Positions 1 through 8,399 of a stretch of DNA of 64,000 bases are shown piece by piece. The stretch comes from Candidatus Lustribacter sp. (GTDB lineage Bacteria > Vulcanimicrobiota > Vulcanimicrobiia > Vulcanimicrobiales > Vulcanimicrobiaceae). A program made the position numbers and the translations under genes. The notes under the pieces were generated by a model. The model worked only from the letters and a program-made list of their open reading frames with translations, was not told the origin of the DNA and made no database searches. The stretch covers positions 2,976,001-3,040,000 of the forward strand of contig OZ255842.1 in NCBI GenBank assembly GCA_965277805.1, given 5' to 3'. Within the stretch, counting starts at the first letter, position 1; every line of letters starts with the position of its first letter.

Positions 1-26
1 CTCCGGCGCGTCGTCGTGCAAGGCGG

Positions 27-1631
27 CTAGATCGACCAGCTGCGGATATCCCACGTTTCGACGACGGGGTTGGGGTCGAAGCCGTGCAGGTCAGGATTCA
101 GGACTTGGATGTTGCGGAACCACCACAAGAAATCGATCGGCGCGTCGTGGATGACCAATGCTTCGATCGTTGCGTAGGCGCGTTTCCGCTCGGGGATGTC
201 GTAGTTGGTGAGCGCCTCCGCCTGCGCGGCATCCATCGCAGGCGAGCAGTAGTATGACTGATTGTAGCCGCCGGGAGGACGGCTCGAGCACAAGAGCGTT
301 GCCGAGTTGTCCGGGTCGATGCCCGAGTACCATTGGTAAATCGCGATTTGGTAGTTGCCGCGTGTGAGCGTCCCGCCCGCGGCGTAGCCGGCGTACATTT
401 GCGTGCTCAGTTGCGCGCGCGCGTGGACCTCAACGCCGATACCGTGCAGTGCCTCTTGGATCTGCACGGCCAGCGAGCGCGAAACGGCCTGACTCTGCTC
501 GTACACCATATCGAGCACGAGCGGCTTCGCCGCGGTATAGCCGAGCGCGGCGAGCTGCCGGCGTGCTTCGTCGGGCGCATAGGGCAAGTTGCGCAGTTGC
601 GGATCGTATGCCCACATGAAGGCGGGCAGGTCGCCGGTGGCAACGGTGCCGGCGCCATACGTGAGATCGCTCGTGAGCCGGACCTTGTCGAGCGCCATCA
701 CGAGCGCGCGGCGCAGTCGCGGATCCGCGGTCGGCCCGCGGCCCGAATTGATCATCAACCCTTCGTAGCCGTTGACGTTCGGCAACACGACGGCGACGTC
801 GGGGATCGCGCGGATCGCGTTATAGGCACCGACCGAGGCCTCGTACATCCAGTCGGCTTCGTGCGCCCGCATCTGCTGCATCTCGGTATTCTCATCCGGT
901 ACGAACCGCCAAATGAGATGTTTGATCTTCGGCGCGCCGAGATAGTACTGCTCGTTGCTGACGAACTCGATGCGGTCGCCGCGCACCCAACGCACGAACT
1001 TGAACGGACCCGTCCCGATCGGCGCCGAGTTGAACGGCACGTCGTTGAGGCTCGCGAATTTCACCAGGACGTGGGCGGGCAGAACGCCGTACGGGCTATC
1101 GCTCTCGCCGAACACCACCGAAACGAATGGCGCGAACCGTTTGCGCAAATGGAAGCGCACGGTTAGCGGATCGGGCGTGTCGACGCTACGCACGATGTCG
1201 TATCCGTGGCGAGAGATCACGTCATTGGCCGGATTCATGATTGCGTCGTAGGTGAACTTCACATCCCGGCTCGTGAACGGAACGCCGTCCTGCCAGCGCA
1301 CGCCCGGCCGAAGATGATACGTGATCGCCAGCCCATCCGCACTGATCCCGCCGTTCGCGCGCGACGGAATCTCGCGCGCCAGCCGCGGCACCAACGTACC
1401 GTGCGCATCGGCGGAAACCAGAATATCGGTCGTCAACCGCCCGATCGATGCTTCAACCGTCTGCGTCGCCAGAATCGGATTGAGCGTACGCGGAATATTC
1501 GCCGAGATAACCCGCAGCGTATCCGGAATCGTCCACGTATGCCGCACCGCCGCGGCGCCCTCCGGCGCAACCCGCGTACACCCCGCCAACGCCGCGAAGA
1601 GCAGCGCTGCCAAGACCCGCGCGGTGCTTAT
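27..1631 (-). CDS. Peptide ABC transporter substrate-binding lipoprotein (SBP family 5)
   Basis: Lipobox LAGC; WQDGVPFTSRDVKFT and PIGTGPFKF motifs. Track start is TTG 1613; an in-frame ATA at 1631 overlaps the upstream TAA stop, so the start is uncertain. Confidence 0.9.
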   Translation of the reverse strand: MSTARVLAALLFAALAGCTRVAPEGAAAVRHTWTIPDTLRVISANIPRTLNPILATQTVEASIGRLTTDILVSADAHGTLVPRLAREIPSRANGGISADGLAITYHLRPGVRWQDGVPFTSRDVKFTYDAIMNPANDVISRHGYDIVRSVDTPDPLTVRFHLRKRFAPFVSVVFGESDSPYGVLPAHVLVKFASLNDVPFNSAPIGTGPFKFVRWVRGDRIEFVSNEQYYLGAPKIKHLIWRFVPDENTEMQQMRAHEADWMYEASVGAYNAIRAIPDVAVVLPNVNGYEGLMINSGRGPTADPRLRRALVMALDKVRLTSDLTYGAGTVATGDLPAFMWAYDPQLRNLPYAPDEARRQLAALGYTAAKPLVLDMVYEQSQAVSRSLAVQIQEALHGIGVEVHARAQLSTQMYAGYAAGGTLTRGNYQIAIYQWYSGIDPDNSATLLCSSRPPGGYNQSYYCSPAMDAAQAEALTNYDIPERKRAYATIEALVIHDAPIDFLWWFRNIQVLNPDLHGFDPNPVVETWDIRSWSI

Positions 1632-1897
1632 TCCCAGCCGACCTTATCGACGAAGCACCACTTCCAGTTTTCGCCCGGCTCGAGGGATCGGATGATCGGG
1701 TGTTCGGTGATGCGGAAGTGTTTTGTGGCGTGTTTGTTCTTTGAATCGTCGCAGCAGCCGACATGGCCGCACTCGAGGCACAAGCGCAAGTGCACCCACG
1801 TGTCGCCCATCTTGAGACACTCTTCGCAGCCGTGCGTCTTCGGGTGCACCGGACGGATGGTGTCCAAGTGCGTGCATGGAACCGGATCGTTGAGCAT
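1628..1897 (-). CDS. UBP-type zinc finger protein
   Basis: CEEC..WVHLRLCLECGHVGCCDDSKNKHATKH..WKWC pattern; ATG 1897. Confidence 0.9.
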   Translation of the reverse strand: MLNDPVPCTHLDTIRPVHPKTHGCEECLKMGDTWVHLRLCLECGHVGCCDDSKNKHATKHFRITEHPIIRSLEPGENWKWCFVDKVGWE

Positions 1898-1902
1898 GCT
1901 GC

Positions 1903-2808
1903 CTAGGACACCGGCGGTATTGGGGCGAGTTCCACGTCGCCGCGCGCGACGAGGCGGCCGAGCAGCAAGTGGTAGTAGAGCATGCCGCGCTGATCGCCGA
2001 GGCGGCCGAGGAGTTCCTCGACGTCGACGTTGGTGCTGCCGGAGAGGTCTTTCACGCTGCGCGCAACGCCGGAATCGTTCATGGGGAAGAGATCGAGGCG
2101 GCCGAAACCGCGTAAGGCGATCACGGCGGCGGTCCACGGGCCGATGCCGCGGTGGGCGGCCAGCGACGCCATCAGTTCGCCGGTCGGTAGCAACGTCAGC
2201 GCCGCTTCGTCGATCTCACCATCGAGGATCGCGCGCGCGACCGCACGCAGCGATGTGACCTTGTTGATGCTCAACCCTTGCTTGCGCAATTCCACGGCAT
2301 CCGCGTCGATGATGATTTGCGGACCGGGAAAAACGTAGAGCGCTGCGTCGCCGAGCGGCACGGGCGCAGCGAAACGCTCGATCGTACGGCGCAGGATCGC
2401 GCCGGCCGCGTGAATGCTGATCTGCTGGTAGACGATCGCGTTGACGCACGCTTCCCAGACCGTGGGGTAGCGCGGCGGCTTTACACCGCGCGCGCCCGCA
2501 ACGAGCGGCGCGAGCCACGCGATGCTCTTGGCGGCGCGGTAGAACGGCTCGAGATCGACGTCGATCCCGAGCATGCGTTCGACCAGCACCCGCGCATCGT
2601 ACGCCGCACCGGAGCTTTCGATCTCGGCCGTGAGTTCGGCCGGGCCGGTTTGCGAGACGCTCAGCAGCGCCGGTGACGTGGCATCGCCGATGAGCCGCCG
2701 GTACGTCGTACCGTCGAAGTGGTCGACCACGTTGGTCGAGAGCCGGCGCAGCACGTTGGCGGTGAGATCGAGCCGGTACGGCTCGCGCACGCCGATGCGA
2801 ATGGACAC
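1903..2808 (-). CDS. alkA: DNA-3-methyladenine glycosylase (AlkA/HhH-GPD)
   Basis: AIVYQQIS, HhH GIGPWTA and FPMND motifs. GTG 2808 chosen because the longer track ORF overlaps the divergent gene. Confidence 0.8.
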   Translation of the reverse strand: MSIRIGVREPYRLDLTANVLRRLSTNVVDHFDGTTYRRLIGDATSPALLSVSQTGPAELTAEIESSGAAYDARVLVERMLGIDVDLEPFYRAAKSIAWLAPLVAGARGVKPPRYPTVWEACVNAIVYQQISIHAAGAILRRTIERFAAPVPLGDAALYVFPGPQIIIDADAVELRKQGLSINKVTSLRAVARAILDGEIDEAALTLLPTGELMASLAAHRGIGPWTAAVIALRGFGRLDLFPMNDSGVARSVKDLSGSTNVDVEELLGRLGDQRGMLYYHLLLGRLVARGDVELAPIPPVS

Positions 2809-2862
2809 GGTGAGGCCTTCGGGTCCCAGGGATGCCTTTCCGGCGCAGACAACCGGGAAGCG

Positions 2863-3675
2863 GTGGTACACCGGCGATCCTATTTGACCACGTACGCACG
2901 ATACTGGCGCATCAACCTGCTCACCATGCTCGAGTATCGCGCCAACTTCCTGATGTGGGGCGGGTTCACGGTGATCTACCACGCGACGGCGATCGTCGCG
3001 CTGTGGGTGACGCTGCGCAACTTTCCCTCGATCAACGGTTGGAATTTCCGCCAGACGGCGTTCATGTATGGGCTGTGGTTTCTCGGCCACGCCGTGCACA
3101 ACACGTTCTTCTTCTCGGTCGGCAATGTGCCCGAGTTCATCCGCGAGGGGCGCTTCGATCGCTTCCTCGTGCGCCCGCTCGATACGCTGTTTCAAGCGAT
3201 GACGGTGCCCCAGCAGATCTGGCCCGACGAGCTGATCCTCTCGTTCGTCTACTTTGCCGTGGTCGTGCCGTTCAGCGGCGTGCACGTCGACGCGCTCTTC
3301 CTGGCGTACGTGCCGCTGGTGGCGATCGGCGGCGCGCTGATCGACTTCGGCATCAACCTCGTGATCGCGACGATCTCGTTCTGGTTCATCCGCATCGATT
3401 CGCTGCGCTGGGTCATCATGTCGCTCGAACAGGACTTCTCGCGCTATCCGATCTCCGTCTACCAGCGCGGCGTGCGCGTCGCGCTCGCCTTCGTCTTGCC
3501 GTTTGCGTTCATGAACTACTTTCCGGCAACGTTTCTCTTACACAAGTCTGAGACCGGGCTGAATCTCAATCCGGCGGTTGGGCTGCTCACGCCGCTCGTC
3601 GGCATCGTGAGCCTCGGCATCGCGTACGCGTTTTGGCGCATCGGTCTCGACCGGTATCAAGGCACCGGGAGTTGA
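2863..3675 (+). CDS. ABC-2 family permease (DUF990-like)
   Basis: LEYRANF, GRFDRFLVRP, RYPISVY and C-terminal YQGTGS motifs; hydrophobic. GTG 2863 follows GGGAAG. Confidence 0.85.
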   Translation: MVHRRSYLTTYARYWRINLLTMLEYRANFLMWGGFTVIYHATAIVALWVTLRNFPSINGWNFRQTAFMYGLWFLGHAVHNTFFFSVGNVPEFIREGRFDRFLVRPLDTLFQAMTVPQQIWPDELILSFVYFAVVVPFSGVHVDALFLAYVPLVAIGGALIDFGINLVIATISFWFIRIDSLRWVIMSLEQDFSRYPISVYQRGVRVALAFVLPFAFMNYFPATFLLHKSETGLNLNPAVGLLTPLVGIVSLGIAYAFWRIGLDRYQGTGS

Positions 3676-3685
3676 AGGAAGGTGC

Positions 3686-4288
3686 ATGAAGCGCTTTCTC
3701 GTCGCCGTCATTGCCGCATGGCTTTCCGCCGCGGCGATGGCCCGCGCGGAGGCGGTCGACGTGGTCGTCCAAGCCGGTCATGAAGGCCGGCCCGCCTCAT
3801 GTGCCCCCAATCACGTGCACGCCTGCAACATCGGCGCAAGTTCGGCGGCCGGGCGCGAAATCGCGTGGACCCCGATCGTTGCGGACGCGATGACCGCGAC
3901 GTTGCGCGCAGCCGGATTGCGCGTCGCGCGGCGCCCGGCCGACTACCCGCAGCACGATAGCGCGCGGGTCGCGATCTTCATCCACTTCGACGGCGCCGAG
4001 CCGCCGTGCGCGAGCGGGACGTCGGTCGGCTTCCCCGCCACGACCGCGCATAGCTTCGTCGCCGCGTGGGAACGCGCGTATCGCGGCTACTTCCCCTTCC
4101 ATGTTGCGGGCGAGAACATCAGTTCGAATGAAGAGCACTACTACGGTTTTCGCAAGGTCGATGCGCCGCAAAAGATGCTGATCGAGTACGGCGAGCTGAC
4201 GTGTCCCGCGCAGGCCGCGTGGCTGAAGCCGCGCCTGCGCGAGCTGGGGGAATTCACCGCCCACTTCATCATCGGGCAGTTGCGCTGA
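3686..4288 (+). CDS. Secreted N-acetylmuramoyl-L-alanine amidase-like protein (Amidase_3 fold)
   Basis: Signal peptide; VVQAGHEG, E and IFIHFDG zinc-ligand motifs, LIEYG; RBS AAGGAAGG. Confidence 0.7.
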   Translation: MKRFLVAVIAAWLSAAAMARAEAVDVVVQAGHEGRPASCAPNHVHACNIGASSAAGREIAWTPIVADAMTATLRAAGLRVARRPADYPQHDSARVAIFIHFDGAEPPCASGTSVGFPATTAHSFVAAWERAYRGYFPFHVAGENISSNEEHYYGFRKVDAPQKMLIEYGELTCPAQAAWLKPRLRELGEFTAHFIIGQLR

Positions 4289-5157
4289 TGCAGCGCAGCG
4301 CATTCATGGCCGGCAGCGCGGCTGCCCTGGCCGCACCGCGGCCCGTTCGCGCGCAGACGATTCCGGTGGCCGATCTCGTCGACCGCTTTCCGGGCGTCAT
4401 CGGCATCTACTGCCGCACGCTTACGCCCGCGCCGCCGCTCGTCTCCGTGCGCGCGAACGAAGTCTTTGCCGCAGCCTCGATCATCAAGCTGCCGATCATG
4501 CTGACGGTCTATCGCGCCTACGAACGCAAGACCGCCTCGCCCGACGAGTACGTCACGCTGCTGCCCGGCGACATTACGGAAGGTGCACCGGTTCTCGGCG
4601 ACGCGCATTCGGGCCAGCGCTGGCCGATCGGCGTGCTCGTCAACGCGATGATCAAGTACAGCGACAACATCGCCTCCAACGCCCTGATCAGCCACTTCGG
4701 GTTCACCGCGATCAACGAGACGATCCGCAAGGCCGGGATGACCAAAACGGTCCTGGCACGCCACTTTGCCGGCGAAGTTCCGCCCGGACGGCGCAACCTC
4801 AACGTGACGACGCCGCACGACATCGGCGTGCTGCTCTACGAGATCGAGCGCGGCGCACACGAAGGTATTCCGACCGTCGCCTCGCCGGCTTCATGCCGCG
4901 CGATGGTGCAGACGATGCTCGGGCAGCAGTATCGCGAGATGATTCCGGCCGGCGTGAAGCGGCACGTGCCGATCGCGAACAAAACGGGCGAGCTCGACAA
5001 TGTGCGCAGCGATGCGGCGATCGTCGACCCGCTGAGCGAGGCACCGTACATCCTGGTGCTGCTCACTCGCGACCTCGATTACCCGGGCTTAGCCTACGGC
5101 GAGGTCGCCGAGTTTGCGCAGCGCATCGACAACGCAATGCGCCGCATCAGCCACTAG
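4288..5157 (+). CDS. Serine hydrolase, class A beta-lactamase-like family
   Basis: SIIK (SxxK), SDN and KTG motifs; TGATG overlap with the amidase. Confidence 0.85.
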   Translation: MQRSAFMAGSAAALAAPRPVRAQTIPVADLVDRFPGVIGIYCRTLTPAPPLVSVRANEVFAAASIIKLPIMLTVYRAYERKTASPDEYVTLLPGDITEGAPVLGDAHSGQRWPIGVLVNAMIKYSDNIASNALISHFGFTAINETIRKAGMTKTVLARHFAGEVPPGRRNLNVTTPHDIGVLLYEIERGAHEGIPTVASPASCRAMVQTMLGQQYREMIPAGVKRHVPIANKTGELDNVRSDAAIVDPLSEAPYILVLLTRDLDYPGLAYGEVAEFAQRIDNAMRRISH

Positions 5158-5645
5158 GGTTTTTCTTCGATCGTGACGGTCGTCATGACGTCGCCCTTGC
5201 GGATCGCATCGACGACGGACTGCCCTTCGACCACGTGGCCGAAGACCGTGTACTGCTTGTTGAGAAACGGCGCGTCGCCGAGACAGATGTAGAACTGCGA
5301 GCCGGCCGAGTTCGGGTTCGAACTGCGCGCCATTGCGACCGTTCCGGTGATGTGCGGGTTGTCGCTGAATTCCGCATCGAGGTTATAGCCGGGTCCGCCC
5401 GTGCCGTTGCCGTCGGGGCAGCCGCCTTGGATCACAAAGCCGGGCTCGACACGGTGGAAGGTGAGGCCGTCGTAAAAGCCGGCCCGCGCCAGCTTGATGA
5501 ACGCCGCCGAATGTTGCGGAGCGGCATCGGGATAGAACGTGAAGACGATGTCACCTTTCTCGGTCGTGATGCGAGCGCGAGCGCTTGCTGCCTCTTTTGC
5601 GAGTTCGGTCAGTTCATCGCCGGTTGGTTTACTGTAGGTCGCCAT
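5154..5645 (-). CDS. Cyclophilin-type peptidyl-prolyl isomerase
   Basis: FYDGLTFHRV, FVIQGG, SAGSQFYI and YTVFGHV motifs. Confidence 0.95.
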   Translation of the reverse strand: MATYSKPTGDELTELAKEAASARARITTEKGDIVFTFYPDAAPQHSAAFIKLARAGFYDGLTFHRVEPGFVIQGGCPDGNGTGGPGYNLDAEFSDNPHITGTVAMARSSNPNSAGSQFYICLGDAPFLNKQYTVFGHVVEGQSVVDAIRKGDVMTTVTIEEKP

Positions 5646-5685
5646 ATAGCGGCGTTCTACGGCGCGGAAGATGAGGGTGCCCGCC

Positions 5686-5711
5686 GTTATAGGTCCCTTC
5701 TAACAGGGTAT
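5686..5711 (+). promoter_or_regulatory. SigB/SigF-like promoter (GTTATA-N14-GGGTAT)
   Basis: Resembles the GTTTAA-N12-14-GGGTAT consensus; lies upstream of an anti-sigma-like gene. Confidence 0.45.
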
Positions 5712-5773
5712 TGTAAGGATCGACGCGTTCAGGCGGCATCCCGGCGGGCGCGGGATCGGAAGCGGTGCAAAGA

Positions 5774-6244
5774 ATGACGGACAACGAGCGACGGCACACG
5801 GCGCGGGGGGCGCAGCTGCGCCTATCCGTACCCCCGGACCCGCGTCTCGGCGCGTACGTTCGCCAAGAGCTCCTGACGTTCGCCGAGGCCAACGGGATCG
5901 GCGACGCAGACCTGACCGATTTCATGACGGCGGTGGGCGAAGCGCTCGCCAACGCCATCGAGCACGCGCACAGCATCGAGCCCATCGAAGTGACCGCCTG
6001 GCTGCTCGACGACCGGCTGTTCGCCGCGGTACGCGACCACGGCGTCGGGTTCCCGGTGAACGACCGTTCACTTGCGAAGGCGCTGCCGGATGCCTTCGCC
6101 GAACGCGGACGGGGCCTGCCGATCATGCAGCGATGCGCCGACCTGTGCAGCGTCCGCAGCATCCCCGGCGAGGGAACGCGCGTCACGCTCGGCCTGCAAG
6201 TCAACCGCCAGTCGGAGCACGATTTTCAGCGCTGCGTGGGGTAG
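5774..6244 (+). CDS. RsbW-like anti-sigma/ATP-binding protein (HATPase_c_2)
   Basis: EALANAIEH, VRDHGVGF, ERGRGLPIM and GTRV motifs. Confidence 0.85.
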   Translation: MTDNERRHTARGAQLRLSVPPDPRLGAYVRQELLTFAEANGIGDADLTDFMTAVGEALANAIEHAHSIEPIEVTAWLLDDRLFAAVRDHGVGFPVNDRSLAKALPDAFAERGRGLPIMQRCADLCSVRSIPGEGTRVTLGLQVNRQSEHDFQRCVG

Positions 6245-6245
6245 C

Positions 6246-7439
6246 TCAAGCCGCCGTCAGGCGTAACGGGATCCGGGCGAAGCTGCGCAGCGAGTTGTTG
6301 AGATGAAGCACGGGCTCGCCCGCGGGCGCGATCGTGCGCACGCGGCGCGCGAGTTCGGTGAGGATGATCTCCCCTTCTATTTCCGCGAGTGCCTCGCCGA
6401 CGCAGCGGTGAATGCCTACGCCGAACGCGACGTGACCGCCGCTCTTGCGCCGGATGTCGAAGACGTCCGGGTCATCCCAGCGCCGTGGATCGCGGTTTGC
6501 CGCGGCGAAAAACACGAGCACCTTCTCGCCCTCCGTTAACGGTACGCCCGCGAGTTCGGTCGCGCGCGACGTCGTCCGGAAGAACGCTTGGACCGGCGAT
6601 TCCAGCCGCATCGCTTCATCGAACGCCGAGCGTGCAAGCGACGGCGTTTCGCGGAGCAGCGCCCATTGCTCCGGAAAGCGCGCGAACGCAACGAGCGCGT
6701 TCCCGATCGCCGCGATCGTCGTATCCAGGCCTGCCGAAAGCAGGGAACGCACGAGCATCCCGGCTTCTTCTTCGGTCGCCTCGCCCGCGTCGACCGCAGC
6801 GTAGACCTCCGCTCCGAGCCCATCCGTGGTGAGGCCGGCACGCGAGCACGATTGCATGATCCACGGGATCACCGTTCCGGCGCTCGCCATCGACTGCTCG
6901 ACTAGCGCGTTGCGCGGACCGACGGCGTTGAACACCATGTCGCCGTAGGGAGCGAGGTTCTCGCGGCCTTCGCTCGGCAAGCCGACGGCGTCGGGGAAGA
7001 CTTTCTCCGGAAACGCGCGCGCGATGTCGGCCATACCGTCGACATCGCGCCGCTCGAGCAGCGTTTCGACGAGCCGCTTCGCCTCGGCCTCGAAGACCGG
7101 CCGGAAATCGCGCAGCACTTGCGGCGTCATGACGCGCGCGAGGATCTTGTGCGTGCGCGTGTGCAACGGCGGATCCGCTTCGAGGATGATGCTCGGCACG
7201 CGCCATGGTTTTTCGTTGCGGAAATTCGCGAGGCCGACGCCCGCGCCCGATGCGAACGTTTCCCAGTCGAGGAGCACGGCGTTGACGTCTTCGTAACGCG
7301 CGACCGCCCAGCAATCGTACTGGCTGAGGCGCACGACCGGACCCAAATCGCGCAGCACCGCGTGCAGCGGATACGGATCGGTCATCGCGTCCGTCGAGTA
7401 CGGATCCACGTCGGAAACCGGAAACGTAACAGCGCTCAT
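6246..7439 (-). CDS. Cytochrome P450, CYP199A-like
   Basis: Heme motif FGVGIHRCVG; PWRVPSIILEADPP, RSLLSAGLDTT and ESPVQAFFRTT closely recall CYP199A enzymes. Confidence 0.9.
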   Translation of the reverse strand: MSAVTFPVSDVDPYSTDAMTDPYPLHAVLRDLGPVVRLSQYDCWAVARYEDVNAVLLDWETFASGAGVGLANFRNEKPWRVPSIILEADPPLHTRTHKILARVMTPQVLRDFRPVFEAEAKRLVETLLERRDVDGMADIARAFPEKVFPDAVGLPSEGRENLAPYGDMVFNAVGPRNALVEQSMASAGTVIPWIMQSCSRAGLTTDGLGAEVYAAVDAGEATEEEAGMLVRSLLSAGLDTTIAAIGNALVAFARFPEQWALLRETPSLARSAFDEAMRLESPVQAFFRTTSRATELAGVPLTEGEKVLVFFAAANRDPRRWDDPDVFDIRRKSGGHVAFGVGIHRCVGEALAEIEGEIILTELARRVRTIAPAGEPVLHLNNSLRSFARIPLRLTAA

Positions 7440-7466
7440 TTGCGCAACGCTTCCGTTCGCGGCAGT

Positions 7467-8399
7467 TCAGTCCTCCGGATGCTCCACCACGTCGATCATC
7501 GCTTCGACGACCAGCGGATCGAACTGCGTTTCGCGGTGTTTGACCAATTGGTCGAGGGCAAGCGAGGGTGACATCGCCTGACGATACGGCCTGCGCCCGA
7601 TCATGGCATTGAAGCAATCAGCGACGCTGACGATGCGCACATCCACTGTAATTTCGTCGCCGGCGAGGCGGTCGGGATAGCCCTTGCCGTCTGGCCGTTC
7701 GTGGTGGCTCGCAACCAGCGGGGCGAAGGGCCGCAGGCGTTCGACCTCGCGAACCATCGCGGCGCCGGCTGTCGTATGATCGCGCATGGTCGCGAACTCC
7801 GCCTCGGTCAACATACGCGGAGCGAGCAAGATCTCGCGCGGAGTCAGCGTTTTTCCCACGTCGTGGAGCAGCCCGCCACGCGCCACAAACAAACGCTGTT
7901 CCTCGGGAAGTCCCAACCGGAGCGCAAGCCGGCGGCACCACAGTGAAACGGCTCGCGAATGTTCGGCACTCAGCGGATCCGTATCATCGAGGCGCACCAA
8001 AAACGCCCCGATGGACTCGTCGATGCCGTCCGACATGACGTGTGTTTGCGGGTCGCCGGCGGCTTTCAGTTCAGAAAGTTTGGTTGCTATCGCGCGCTCG
8101 AGTGCCTGCAAGTCGCTCTCGAGTGAGTCACTGCCTAGCTTCCGGCGCCGCAATTCACGTTGCGCAACAGGGCACGCCGCCCGCAACAACGCTGCGATAT
8201 TCGGAAAGGCACCGTAGCGCTCGCACGCACCCTGTGCCCACTGCGCCAACTGCAATGAGCCGGAACCACTGCGGGCGTCGTCGAGACGCTCCGCAAACGC
8301 CATCGCCACGAGATGCACCATGACGGTCGGTTGGGCGTCAGTTTCCGCCACAAAGGCTGCCGCGAATTCTCGTCGCAGCGGTAGATCTGCCGCTACCAT
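7467..8399 (-). CDS. HD-GYP domain phosphohydrolase with an uncharacterised N-terminal region
   Basis: EHSRAV, LLHDVGK, HHERPDGKGYP and ADCFNAM..RPYR motifs. GTG 8402/ATG 8399 overlaps the upstream TGA stop. Confidence 0.85.
   Translation of the reverse strand: MVAADLPLRREFAAAFVAETDAQPTVMVHLVAMAFAERLDDARSGSGSLQLAQWAQGACERYGAFPNIAALLRAACPVAQRELRRRKLGSDSLESDLQALERAIATKLSELKAAGDPQTHVMSDGIDESIGAFLVRLDDTDPLSAEHSRAVSLWCRRLALRLGLPEEQRLFVARGGLLHDVGKTLTPREILLAPRMLTEAEFATMRDHTTAGAAMVREVERLRPFAPLVASHHERPDGKGYPDRLAGDEITVDVRIVSVADCFNAMIGRRPYRQAMSPSLALDQLVKHRETQFDPLVVEAMIDVVEHPED

Noticed and set aside
4288-5157. Bona fide beta-lactam resistance gene
   Set aside because: SxxK, SDN and KTG are present, but there is no recognisable omega-loop ExxLN motif; more likely a cell-wall peptidase-like hydrolase.
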